Positions 52,876 through 64,000 of a stretch of 64,000 nt of DNA are shown piece by piece. The position numbers were made by a program, and so were the translations under genes. The DNA is from Catajapyx aquilonaris (lineage: Eukaryota): the NCBI GenBank assembly GCA_000934665.2, contig JYFJ02001113.1:1-64000 (forward strand), in the 5' to 3' direction. Below the pieces are notes generated by a model, which saw only the letters and a list, made by a program, of their open reading frames with translations, searched no databases and was not told the DNA's origin. How positions within the stretch are numbered: position 1 is the first letter of the stretch; each line of letters opens with the position of its first letter.

Positions 52876-54114
52876 ATATTCGGCTCGAAGGCAGACCTGC
52901 AGCTGCACACCCAGATCCACATGCGCGAGGCCAAGCCGTACAAGTGCTCGCAGTGCAGCAAGGCGTTCGCCAACAGCTCGTACCTGTCGCAGCACACGCG
53001 CATCCACCTGGGCATAAAGCCTTACCGCTGCGAGATCTGCCAGCGAAAGTTCACGCAGCTGAGCCACCTGCAGCAGCACATCCGCACGCACACGGGCGAC
53101 AAACCCTACAAGTGCCGGCACCCGGGCTGCAGCAAGGCCTTCTCGCAGCTGAGCAACCTGCAGAGCCACTCGCGATGCCACCAAACCGACAAGCCCTACA
53201 AGTGCAACTCGTGCTACAAGTGCTTCTCAGACGAGCCCTCCCTGCTGGAGCACATCCCTAAGCACAAGGAGTCCAAGCACCTCAAGACGCACATATGCCA
53301 GTACTGCGGAAAGTCCTACACGCAGGAGACCTACCTGACCAAGCACATGCAGAAGCACGCAGAGAGGACGGACAAGAGGCCGCCCATCTCTGGAGCAGCG
53401 GCGGCCGCGGCTGCTGCGGCTGCTGCGGCAGCGGCGGCGCTTAGGAACGACGCGGCGCCCTACTGGTCCAGTAAAGCGTCGACGGCGGCGGCGGTGGCGG
53501 CGGCCGCGGCTGCCGCTGCCGCCGAGAGTGGGGGCAGTGGCGGGAGTGGACTGGACGCCATGCACCACGACGGACGCGTCTCGGCCGAGTCCTGCCTACA
53601 ACAACAGCAACAGCAGCAACAGCAGCAGCAGAGCAACATGTCGGAGCACCAGCACGGTAGGAGTGCGGGTCCGGGGAGTGGGAACAGCAGTGGCGGGGGA
53701 GGAGGAAGCAGTGGCAGTGGTGGTGGACTGTTGGGCCAGGGGCGAGACCCTATGGACCCCAGGAACCTGGGAGGTGAGGACCTGCGGCACCACCTTTCCC
53801 CGGCGGGACAGATGCCCTACGAGGCCATCGCCACCACCAAGACCAGCTCGGCCTTCACCCCCATCCAGTCCAGCAGCATGCTGCCCATCTCGACCTCCCA
53901 GCTGGGCATGCCCACTTCCTCCAGAGCATACATCCCATACGAACCCCTCTCCTTCCCAAAGACCTCCTCGCAAGTGGCGGCAGCCATGGATATGAAACCA
54001 TCCGCCAACACCTTCCCCAACCAGCTCATCTCGCTGCACCAGATCAGGAACTATGCACACCAGCCTTCTATGGCCAGCGAGCACCTCCTCGGACTCAAGG
54101 AAAAGGGCCAATAA
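52876..54114 (+). CDS. rn: rotund-like TF, terminal coding exon: C-half of finger 1, five complete C2H2 fingers (to 53358), poly-Ala/poly-Gln/Gly-Ser tracts and a C-terminal FPNQLISLHQIRNYA motif
   Basis: Acceptor ctgtgctccttgcag|ATA, stop TAA at 54112-54114. The finger array (YKCSQCSKAFANSSYLSQHTRIH...ICQYCGKSYTQETYLTKHMQKH, TGDKPY-type linkers) is of the rotund/squeeze/LIN-29 type. SDEPSLLEHIPKHKESK and HAERTDKRPPI match rotund as I recall it. Strong GC3 bias. The ORF-track ATG at 52831 is intronic. Confidence 0.96.
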   Translation: MFGSKADLQLHTQIHMREAKPYKCSQCSKAFANSSYLSQHTRIHLGIKPYRCEICQRKFTQLSHLQQHIRTHTGDKPYKCRHPGCSKAFSQLSNLQSHSRCHQTDKPYKCNSCYKCFSDEPSLLEHIPKHKESKHLKTHICQYCGKSYTQETYLTKHMQKHAERTDKRPPISGAAAAAAAAAAAAAAALRNDAAPYWSSKASTAAAVAAAAAAAAAESGGSGGSGLDAMHHDGRVSAESCLQQQQQQQQQQQSNMSEHQHGRSAGPGSGNSSGGGGGSSGSGGGLLGQGRDPMDPRNLGGEDLRHHLSPAGQMPYEAIATTKTSSAFTPIQSSSMLPISTSQLGMPTSSRAYIPYEPLSFPKTSSQVAAAMDMKPSANTFPNQLISLHQIRNYAHQPSMASEHLLGLKEKGQ

Positions 54115-57100
54115 CCCTGACTACCCTTCCCTCCCTAAAAACAGCAACAGACAACAAAACAGCAACAACAACCAGCATGCCACTCCACTGATGGTGCTGC
54201 ACACACCCTCGCCCAAGTTGTACCTCACCAACTATATAGTTTGCGCGTGTGCTCCGCCTCTTTTTTCTTCTTCGGACAGTGTTCACGTTCCTCCCGACAG
54301 TTGTAGATGCTGCTCCTATTCTACTACTGCTGTAAGAAACAAACATGAGAGAAAAAATTTTTACCAACGTTGAAGGATTAGTGGACGGTTGGGTTCATAT
54401 TATAGGATTATAGGATATGATCTACATATGCAGCTCAGGATATCTGTCACAGTATACCGAAAACACACTCAAGAGGGTTGTAGTTTTGGGGGGATATGGG
54501 CACCCATCACAACCAGTTCGACCAAAAGGTACGTTCAAAAAGTAGGGAGAAATAATGTCGCCTGCCTTTGTGGTACACTATATACACACATGTTAAGTGT
54601 TGGCCTCGTGCTGCTCTCATAATTCCCAGTGATCGTTGTTAAATTGATGTAGCACAAGGGAGCACTTGACATTTGTGTGTTTTTGTTTTGTTTTGTTTTG
54701 TTTCAATAAAAAGTGTCCTCTTAGCCGGCGACTGCTCTCATTGCAGCTTAGTTTTTACTTATGGAAAAGCCGAGCAGAATAATGTTAGAACAACTTAATG
54801 CTAGGCGGCGGAACACTAAAGGGTCCAAAGCTGCGGTGGCCATTTTGTTTCACATCCTCTCGAAAATATGTCCCATATTCACTCTAGTCGTTAGTACAAA
54901 CTGTTCATTCTGAGACATACTCTCATGCCCCGGAAACTAGTGTCCACGTAAATGCGGCGACCTCGAGTGATACGGTACAAGAAAATCGGAGAGGACAAAA
55001 AAAAAATCAAGGTCTCTTTTTTTTGCTATTAAATTTTTTTTTATATTTTTTCAAATAATAATGTACCGTACCTGTGGCAATCGCTTCCTCCGAGGTGAAC
55101 TGGTTGAATTGGGAGCCCAGAATCCAGCCCAAAAAAATACCCTCGGATGCTCACAAAGGCGGCACAACGGACAACAACATGGAGCAATTATTTCCTGTTA
55201 TGTACACAGTGTAATAAGCTCTTTTATATGTAATTTTAGTGACTACAGACTAGTCTCTTGGGGCCATTACTTTGCGTGTAACTGGGGGAAAAAATGCCAG
55301 AAAGGATTTCTTTTTAAGGCGGGAATCTGGTCGAGGTCAGCGACACTGACCGGTCGACAGAGAGTGGCATTATTTTATAGTAATAAGTTACATAGGCCTA
55401 CTAGGTAGCGTGGGAGAATACTTACTGAGGCTCGTAATGTGAATCTTGTGTTGTTTGTTTTTCGTCCATGGCGCACCGACACTATCATAATTTTTTTATA
55501 CTGTATACATGCGTGCAATACCGTTGATTTTTGTTACAAAAAGAAAAAAAAAATTGTTTGGTTCTAATTGTTTTACCTCAGCACTGGATGTCACAATAGG
55601 GGGAAAAGGGCGTTATGAAACAATATTGTTGCCGGTGTTTATTGCAAGCCAAGGATGCAACAGTGGTGCCCTGGGGCTTATTTCCAAGCTGCAGACTTGA
55701 AAGGGGTGGCGGGCTTACTCTTTGACTCTAGCTTTATCTTGCCACTAAAACGGCGTGAACGACAGAAGCAGAGCAGCTTCCTTCCCCACTGCAAAAAAAA
55801 AGATGGAAAAAAATCTTAAGAAAAAAAAAAATGGAGGGTCGAGCAGGGGAAAGGGAAAATCGCTGTTCAAGTTTTTTTTTTGAGAAGTTTTATTGGTCGT
55901 TTGTAGTATAAAAGAGCAGGGGCTTACTACTTACTCATGCTCTGCATGGTTTAGTACCAAAGATATTTCACCTATCTGAACTATTGCAGTCGCCTAATTA
56001 CTCTTCAATTGTGTGCTCTGTTTCTATACCATGTTCTGGTCTATGTTTCTACCTCACTTATGTTATATTCGTTGCAATTCTATCCGGGGAAGGGGGGGGG
56101 GGGATGCCAGTGATACACTCTGGTTTAATTAATAGTTATTTTTTGTGGACTTTTTTGTGTCAGCTTGGAAATAGGCCCGACCGTTACTGCTCATGTACAC
56201 GTGTGACGGAGATTAGTGTGTTGGAAGCCTACTCGAAAGATGCCTCGCAATCAAGTCAGTATTTTTTTTTTTTTTTTTAGTTCTAACCCTCCCCCAACCT
56301 CTTGAATTTCGCAAGCTACCGACTCACAGCTCAGTGATTCTTATTATTTGTCCTGGACTCTTCACAATATTATTATTTGAATTTCGTAAAAATATATACG
56401 GAAAGGTTGCATAATTGGCCTTCTCTCTCTTTTCCAACAATTAGGCCATGTTGGTTAGAACCTCCTTGTCTCAAAACCTTATAGTATGCCCAAGTGTACC
56501 TTCGGCGCGTAGCAGGCTATAAAATGTAATAATAAATGGAATTCTAGCAAAACACATCTTAGAGCTCAAAAGAGGTTCCGCAGATAGCAATACAAGTACC
56601 TGGTGCCTTTCCACCAACGAAATGTTGTCCTCGAGGCAGATGTGTTATTCATAGGATGACAATAATAATGAGGCATAGAGATGAAGGGAGAAAAAAAAGT
56701 GTCATAAAAATACGAGTCGAGATGAAAAAACAAATGGATTCATCCATGTCCACAATTTTTTTAATGCTGATTGTTTTTTTCATTATTGTAACTTCTGCCA
56801 CTTTTGGAACAAGTGGAAGCCTTCACACCCATATACGTAAAACAAGCATTCTGATACATGACACACATTGCACCTTTTTGCACATTTTTTTTTTCTTCTC
56901 AAACTTGATTTTTCCAGTCGGCGCTTTTCGGTTCCAATTTGTCACAGCAGGATGTGGTTTTCGTGACAGATCCCAATTCACCACCACTCACATGCTTTTC
57001 ACACGGATGACTGGTATTATTGTTGTTGCATACAGAGTTGCAAAGGGGGGGGAGAAGGGATGCGGGGGAGTTAGGCCTCATGACGTCGACCATTTTTTGG

Positions 57101-60100
57101 GGGGGTTGGGGAGGGAGGGGGGAGAAATCTTGAGGGGAAGGAACAAATAAAATAAAATAATAAAAAAGCCTAGAAGCTCAAATATCTGTAAACCAATGTT
57201 TGTGCCCTTTGAATATTATACGTACTTCTTAACTGTTCTTGTTGAATTTCTATCTATATGTATAGATTATATTTCAGAACATTTAGGAGTGTGTTTTTAC
57301 GATATTAGTGTCCAGATACAAAAATACCTCGGATTAGGAGATGAACAAGGTCACGTAGGAGTAGTCGGGTATAACGATTTTTTATACTGTGGTGATGAAT
57401 TCTGTTTTTACTTGTTGGAATTCGGAAGCCATCCCGTCAAAGTTCCCTATAAGTAGGACGTGCGTTGTCTGTCGAATCAAATTTAAACAAAATATTAATC
57501 GTAATAATAAAAATAAATAACAATAATAATAATAATCTACCTTCTCTACAGACTAGTGGTGGTATTGCATTGGACACTTGCATCCACCACTGGCAATTAT
57601 ACTTGTACCGTTTTGCTGTTAAATACTGTTAATAATAATAGTAATAGTCCTAATGATTATTTAAGAAGAATCGCTTCTGCTGACTTTCTTAAAAGTAATC
57701 AGTGGTCAGCCAGAGTCTCCGGAAAATACCTGATTCATCCTTCTCGCTCCATTTTCCCCCCCTTCATTCCATTGGCTCATCCTTGTTTTCACCTGCTTGC
57801 ATTCTTTAACACCTTGACCACAGTTCCTTGTTTTGACTCAATCCCTCAGTACATTGGGATCTATACGGGAAGGCCGACCTGACGAATACTTTTTTATTGT
57901 TGTTATTTTTTTTTCCTTCAATGGGGGAAAGGACCATCACATTCATTCCCCAAAATATGGAAAAACCCGATGGTGGCAAAAAAAAAAACATCAGTTGCGT
58001 TGTAGCATACTGTATGATGTAACAGTTTTATTCACGTGTTCGTAGATAAACGTATGGTAGGCAACTCGAAGCAGCAGTGATGTTTAAAAGGTCGTATTTT
58101 GTTATACTATTGCTCTTTTGGGTGATATTTTTAAGAAGAGTGAAGGAGAGAAGAAGAAAAAAAAAACACAAAAAAATGATAAATAAAATGCGCAAAAACT
58201 GAGACTCGGAGAAAAATCCTTTTTCCTATGATGTAGAGTAGTAACTCAGTGAGGAAGTGAATTTTAACGATAGTTTTGCATTTTTTAGTGTTGATCGTGT
58301 ACAAAGTGTATGATAATATTATACAGTCTCTGCATTTTTGAACCTCACTTCGAACTGAGTGTTATTTTTTCACATGGCAATCGCATGCAACTATGCTGAA
58401 AAAGCTTGTGTGTGTCGTTTTTTTTTTTTACAAAACAAAACTTCTTGCATGATGGAAAGAAAGCGTTAATATTGTACGTATTGTGTAGTTGATAGAGGGT
58501 TGATTGTACAGAAACGGGAATGTACAGAAAAATCAAGAGTCGAGCTAACTCTGCCAAGCAAATCAGAGAAGTCAAAGGAACTGAAAATATGGCACCAATT
58601 TTTTGACATTATTTTTCAGTTCCTGGGCCTTCTGTTGATGAGACCGCTTAGTTCCCTCCCAACCCATCCAATTAGAAACAGTGTGAAACGCTGTCTACAA
58701 AAAACTTTGAAAAAATAAACTCAAAAAAAATGTGCGCAAGTGCCCTCCGAGAGGATTGAGGCATATGCGAGTACATTGTGATAATTAAGAGGGCATTAAA
58801 TGCCGGGTTTTTTTCCTGTTTTTTTGTTAATTTCCCTCCCCCGTTGTGTGTGTGGGTTTGTTGGCTAAGGAGAGGAAAACGAAACTCGATGGCCAGTTGC
58901 ACTATTTTTTTTTTTTGTTTCAATCTGAGTGTTACGGACGTCATATGACGCGGAGAGGACAACCTTGACGCTGTTCTGGATTATTACTAACACACTCATC
59001 GAAAGTTTCCGGGTTCCTATATGTGCCACAGAATTTTGGTTGCAGCCACTCACTTGCAAGAGGCTATTCGACAGCATTGTTTATCCTCTCAGCGTCAACC
59101 ACCTCCCTCAAAAATACATTTTTTTTTTTTTTTTAAATGCCTTCCCGTTTTGTTCCAATCGCATCCAATTTGTGTACCAATGGTAGTTAACGGTGGTCTT
59201 TCATTCTCTCCTGCAGTGTTTTTTACAGTACAGTTGGCGGAATTATAATTATTATGATTATCATTGTTACCATTGTTGTTGTTATTATCACTGTGGCAAC
59301 TACCATCCAATTTCACCTTGACGTTCAATCGTTCTTGTCAATTTTACTCGTGTAGGTTTAGCAACCTTGAATTCCGTGTAAGTTAGGCCTTTCTCCCCTT
59401 CTGAGCAGTTCAGTGACGTTAGAATATTTTTTTCTCTCTTCTTCTTCTTCTTCCTTCTGGAGATGTAGGAACCAAATCATCGGTCTATGTAGCTTCACCA
59501 AAAAACGAAAAAAAAAAAATTAACACTTGAAAAATACCCAAGAATCCTAGTAGGATTTTGACTCCTCGTGAGGACATGTGTGTGTGTGTGAGTGAGTGTG
59601 AAGGGGTGTATAATCACACGTCTGAAGTGCTACTTATTTTTGAGACTGATTTCATTAGGTCACGGTGGTTCCTCGATTTTTCAAGCTGGGCCTCTGACCA
59701 CAACTGGCACCTGCTAAAAATATTTGGAATAAAATAAAATAGTAATAAAAAAAAATATGCGTAGGTCAACCTTGTCACGATGAGTTTTGTCGGTGATTCT
59801 GTTCCGTCTCTCTGTTTTTTTCTTTTGTCATTTTTTTATATATATATAAGGGATGGTTATTAAAGTACGTTGACTGAAATTTTGATTTGTTTCTTCCTCG
59901 CCACTCCGTTTATTGTTGAAGCACCCGGTGATCGAAAAATCTATAGGTAAGTTAGGATATTGTCATCCAGAACACTTTTTTTTTTAAAGCCGCATCTCTA
60001 TTGACAGCAAGTACAATTAAGTTCTCTCTCTCTCTCCCTCTTGGTGTATCTCGCGCAACATCTAATGAACATATATACTTTTTTGCTCAAGAACCACATT

Positions 60101-61830
60101 TTGAGTCCCATTGCAGTGAAACCCCGGAGTTTGAAATCGATTGGCTATACACGACTATTATTACTATAATTTTGTGTTTTAACGCATACTGTTTGCTTTT
60201 TTTTGAAGGCAGGTGGTATTCACAGAAGGTGGGGGGGGGGAAAAACTAGAGATAATTGTATAACATTAAAGGGAGGAAACTGTGCCAAAGAAAAATGGTC
60301 TTCTCAAATGTTTTTGTTCGGCTTTAGCATAGTTTCCTCGCATTTTCGCTTCTTTTGGATCCTCGAAAAAGCCCCAGTGCAGGCGATGGCAAGTCTCTTC
60401 TATTGACATTGGAGAGAAAGAAAAATAAATGGCAAAATTGGCGGTTTGAGAAAACAAGAGCGATCTGCCATTGTCTGCGGGCTCTGAAGGGAGCACGAGG
60501 TATAGCAAAAGAACTAAGAGATATTTCAACATGGAAAAAAAAAAGTGGAAAACGCGAGGGGATTTATAATAATTTTTGATGGTATGCACATCCTTTTTGG
60601 AGTAGAATAATTGTTCACGCCATCCTATAGACTTTTGTGATAGCACAGCCTTATTATTATACGGTAGAAGTTCTTTTGTTTCCATAACACGAAAGAGCAA
60701 GTGTTGGTGCTGAGATGTTTTTTTTTTTTATGCGTTGATTTAATTCCGCGATATTTAAAATGTAGAAAGGGAAAAAACACTATGCAGAAGGGGATCATTG
60801 GCTATAATAATAACCCTGCACCTTTCTTTCTCCAGAAGAAGAGTATTTTGGTACTTACGGACTGTGATATCATGTGTTTATAGGCTATGTCGAGATACGA
60901 ACTTGTTGTAAGAATGTGAACTGATAGTTATAAGGTTGGCTCTTGTGTATTGTATACTTGGAGACAACTCCATTGTACTTACTTCTAGTATAAATAGTGA
61001 CGTGTAAGTTAGAATATCCCCCTCCCCCTCCCCTTTGGTCTTGTCTGTATACACTGAGAGAGAAATGGTCATCCAACAGTTTTTAAAAGCACTTGTTCAT
61101 CGCGCCTTCTTTTTTTTCCTCCTCCAAAGTAAATCGGCACAGTTGGATCGGTGACTGTGATAGATGTAATCCACATTTTTTTTTCGACCCCAAAAATTAC
61201 ATTTTTGAAAGAAATCACAGCTGTGAGGCGTGTTTGTGGTTGGAGGTGATCGAGCTCGAAGGCGTCCTCTTTTTATTTTCTTTTATTTTTTGATAAGTAG
61301 TGCGCGCCTGGACTATTTTCACCCTCCTTTTTTTTTAAAGTTGTAATGGACGCATATGCCAGTCTTTTGAGGTATTGGCAGCTCCTGTCCCCACTCCCTT
61401 TTTGACTACCGTAGACATATTATTTGGTCGCATCTTGGTATGCAGCAGACGTCCATCGGCATTACACACCGGCGAAATAATTCAGCCCGTTTCATTGTCC
61501 TCTCTTTTTAATATAATCCACTGCCAATATGTTTTTTTTGTGCGTGCGCGTGTGTCTCTTTTTTTTTGTTATAAATCTCGATGGCCTCTGTTGATGACAT
61601 CGTACGATATTGTCCATCTTTCCTATAGGTCTAAATAATGTACTGTGGCGTCTTACTGTAATGTAGTGGGAATGAGTCGAGAAGTAGTTAGTAGAACATA
61701 AAAAAATACTACCTTTGATGAATAACTGTCATGTACAAGTTTTTTCAGTATCTTGCTTCAAATAAACTTCGCAAATAAAATATAAAAAAAAAATATGGAC
61801 GAGACTTGGAATTAAAAAAAGTTTTGTGTT
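54115..61830 (+). other. Putative long 3' UTR with several alternative polyadenylation signals
   Basis: AT/U-rich, with no credible ORF. AATAAA at 54705, 56531, 57146, 59728, 61761 and 61774, and ATTAAA at 61811. The distal cluster has upstream TGTA elements and a GT/T-rich tract at 61821-61835. Multiple miRNA seed matches. Confidence 0.5.
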
Positions 61831-64000
61831 TTTTGATATAATTTTTTTTTCGGCCGTCCTGCATGACACTGGGGGGGAAATTTTCAGCGAATTGGAGACT
61901 TCGGCTGCTAACACATGCTGGCGGGGACAGGATCTGGACTTTCACTCCTTACATCACATGGCACAGTAGGTGTTTTTTCCCCATCCCTATTGCAAAAATC
62001 TACATATGTCGAAGCCAAACTAACAACCCTCGTGCACAAGAATGTGCTGGACAACTAACCTGCCCGGGTAAGAGCAACACAAACGATTTTACTACTTCAA
62101 TGCAATTTTACTGGTGAAAACTGAAAAGTGCTCGTCAATAAATAAAACCAGTGGCTAGCCCCGCAAGTTGAGGANTAATCCTGAAGGCTGCATCTGACAT
62201 TCCGCACACACAAAAAAATCCGGATCAAAAAGAGTTAATCGCATTATTGATATGAACAAAAGCTCGAGTCCTCTAGAAAACTGGCTGCTGGGTGGAAGAT
62301 GGGTAGTAGGGTTATCTAGAGGAGATATTTATTAGTCCGACCGGTTGGTAGAACGGTGTACGTGCATTTTGGGGCCGTCGTCATTTCGCCGTTGACATCC
62401 TGACGACCGGCACAACCGGTCGGATGAGAAAATTTTGCCTGGCCAGCGCAATCTTTCCGCGTGGGAGAGGTTGCAGGTTTCCCTCCTATTCCCCCTCCCT
62501 CCTCCTTACCCTCCTCCCACTAATTAGTCCCAATAAGAGATGTGCCGTCCTTGGAAGCCTGCTTCATCAGCCTACCGATTTCCTCAGATTTACCTCTTGA
62601 CACTTTCACGGCCACTGCCGCCATTGCCTACTGAGCAGCACGATCTTTATCCACGAGCGCTCATTAGCTGCCCCTTTTTTTATTAAAGAAAAGGAGGGAT
62701 TGGTTGCAAATTATTAATCGGATGCAGTGAGATCAGCATGTTTGAGGAAATCCATTTTTAGGGAGAGTGCAGATGGCGAGGATGTGTTTTATATGAAAAT
62801 GGTAGGTTAGAAAATTGTGGAAGCTGACAGTTTAGATATTAATTATATGCTGTACGCTGATGAAGTACAGGAACATGGCTTTGTAAACTGGAAGCTTATT
62901 AAAAGCCGATTTTACATGTATACTATGAGAAAATGCTACTTCCCAGTTTTGGTAGGGATATTACTCATATTTACTTTACCTCGGGACAAAGGACAGTAAA
63001 TTATTTAAGATAAAAGGCACACTATGGTATGTGCCGTGTACAGTGGAAGTGTTGGAATTGCCATGGTGCCATGGAGGAAATTGCAATAAATTACCATAGT
63101 AATGACCAGCCTTCCACTGCAATCATGGTATAGACATACCGGTATCTACGTTTCTGAATTAAATTTCATTTTCTCGTTGTACAAATTACACTGGATATAT
63201 TATTGGACATATAATAAATATATTTATATGACAAATCAGCCAGCCAGAAAAGCAGCATGGTTGTATAGCACCAGACTGTATGGTCAAAAAAAAAAAAAAA
63301 CTGACAGACATTACAGTGCTTGCGTTGGAGTTACAAGAATGAATGTTTCCAGAATACCAGGGAAGCCAATTTTGCAAGGCTAATTAAAGAGTGGGCCTAA
63401 CTGGAAGTTGACAAGTGTCAGTTCAACTTTCGAAACTTGGTGGTCAGGACAGGGAGCGGCGTGGCCGAGGTCCTTCGTCAAATGAAAAAGTTCAACAAAC
63501 TTTGTCCAGGCCCGAGTTCTGGGAACCTGACATTGGAAGGGTAAGAGTAGCAGAACGGTGCCTTATCATCCCCGTAGGAGAGAAACCACTTTTAGGGTTT
63601 TTGGCACCAATCTTGTCCTGATAGTGAAGCTGTCGGCGCGGTTTTACCAAAAGAGGAGGGGGGACTGCTTTGTGGGACGGGGAGGAATATAAAAAGGCAA
63701 AAGCCAGAAGTGGCCGTTGTCATCCTCAGGGGTAGCCCACCTTCCATTCAAAAGCTGAGGTCAAAAGTTGCTGGCTTTACGAGGACCTTCCGAGAAGGTC
63801 TTGCGGTTATAACCATCGCGTCCAACCAGAGGGCAGGAGTGTACCCAAGATGGCCGGTTGGTCTGCGTGTGACGGCTTGTCCAAAAAGCGGTGTAAAATA
63901 ATCTACCCAGGAGCATGGTTGCGATGTATCGGTGGGAGAAGGCGTGTAATATGCGCCATGGTGCGAAGCAAAGGAGGTTCTCTTTTGTACATTTTTTTTT

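Noticed and set aside
52846..54111. Antisense and alternate-frame ORFs over the zinc-finger exon
   Set aside because: Shadow ORFs caused by high GC3 codon bias.
54112..54180. Stop-codon readthrough into the downstream CAA/CAG-rich sequence
   Set aside because: TAA is followed within a few codons by in-frame TGA and TAA.
1..64000. Prokaryotic systems (CRISPR arrays, operons, defence islands)
   Set aside because: The sequence is intron-rich eukaryotic DNA with no repeat-spacer arrays and no dense ORF packing.

Overview
Eukaryotic genomic DNA, probably arthropod given the gene's similarity to insect rotund. The window is occupied almost entirely by one large + strand gene for a Kruppel-type C2H2 zinc-finger transcription factor of the rotund/squeeze/LIN-29 (ZNF362/ZNF384-like) family, most similar to rotund (rn). 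I reconstructed five phase-compatible coding exons by hand: 10523-10600, 17115-17288, 19454-19502, 30789-31048 and 52876-54114. They total 1800 nt, or 599 aa with six fingers; finger 1 is split by a 21.8-kb intron. The introns hold candidate alternative first exons at 29922-29991, 31536-31550 and about 45672/45774-45884. The last resembles roughened-eye (roe) and has a possible CUG-initiated poly-His extension. Su(H)/CSL-type motifs are unusually dense across the introns. Downstream lies a putative ~7.7-kb 3' UTR with clustered let-7, K-box (miR-2 family), miR-9 and miR-92 seed matches. Repeats include a hAT/Charlie-like MITE, a tRNA-derived SINE with an (ATT)n tail and microsatellites. Two features are probably assembly artefacts: a perfect fold-back at 1-124 and a 409-bp duplication around an N. 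Nearly all other ORFs in the track look spurious. Family assignments come from recalled sequences, not database searches.
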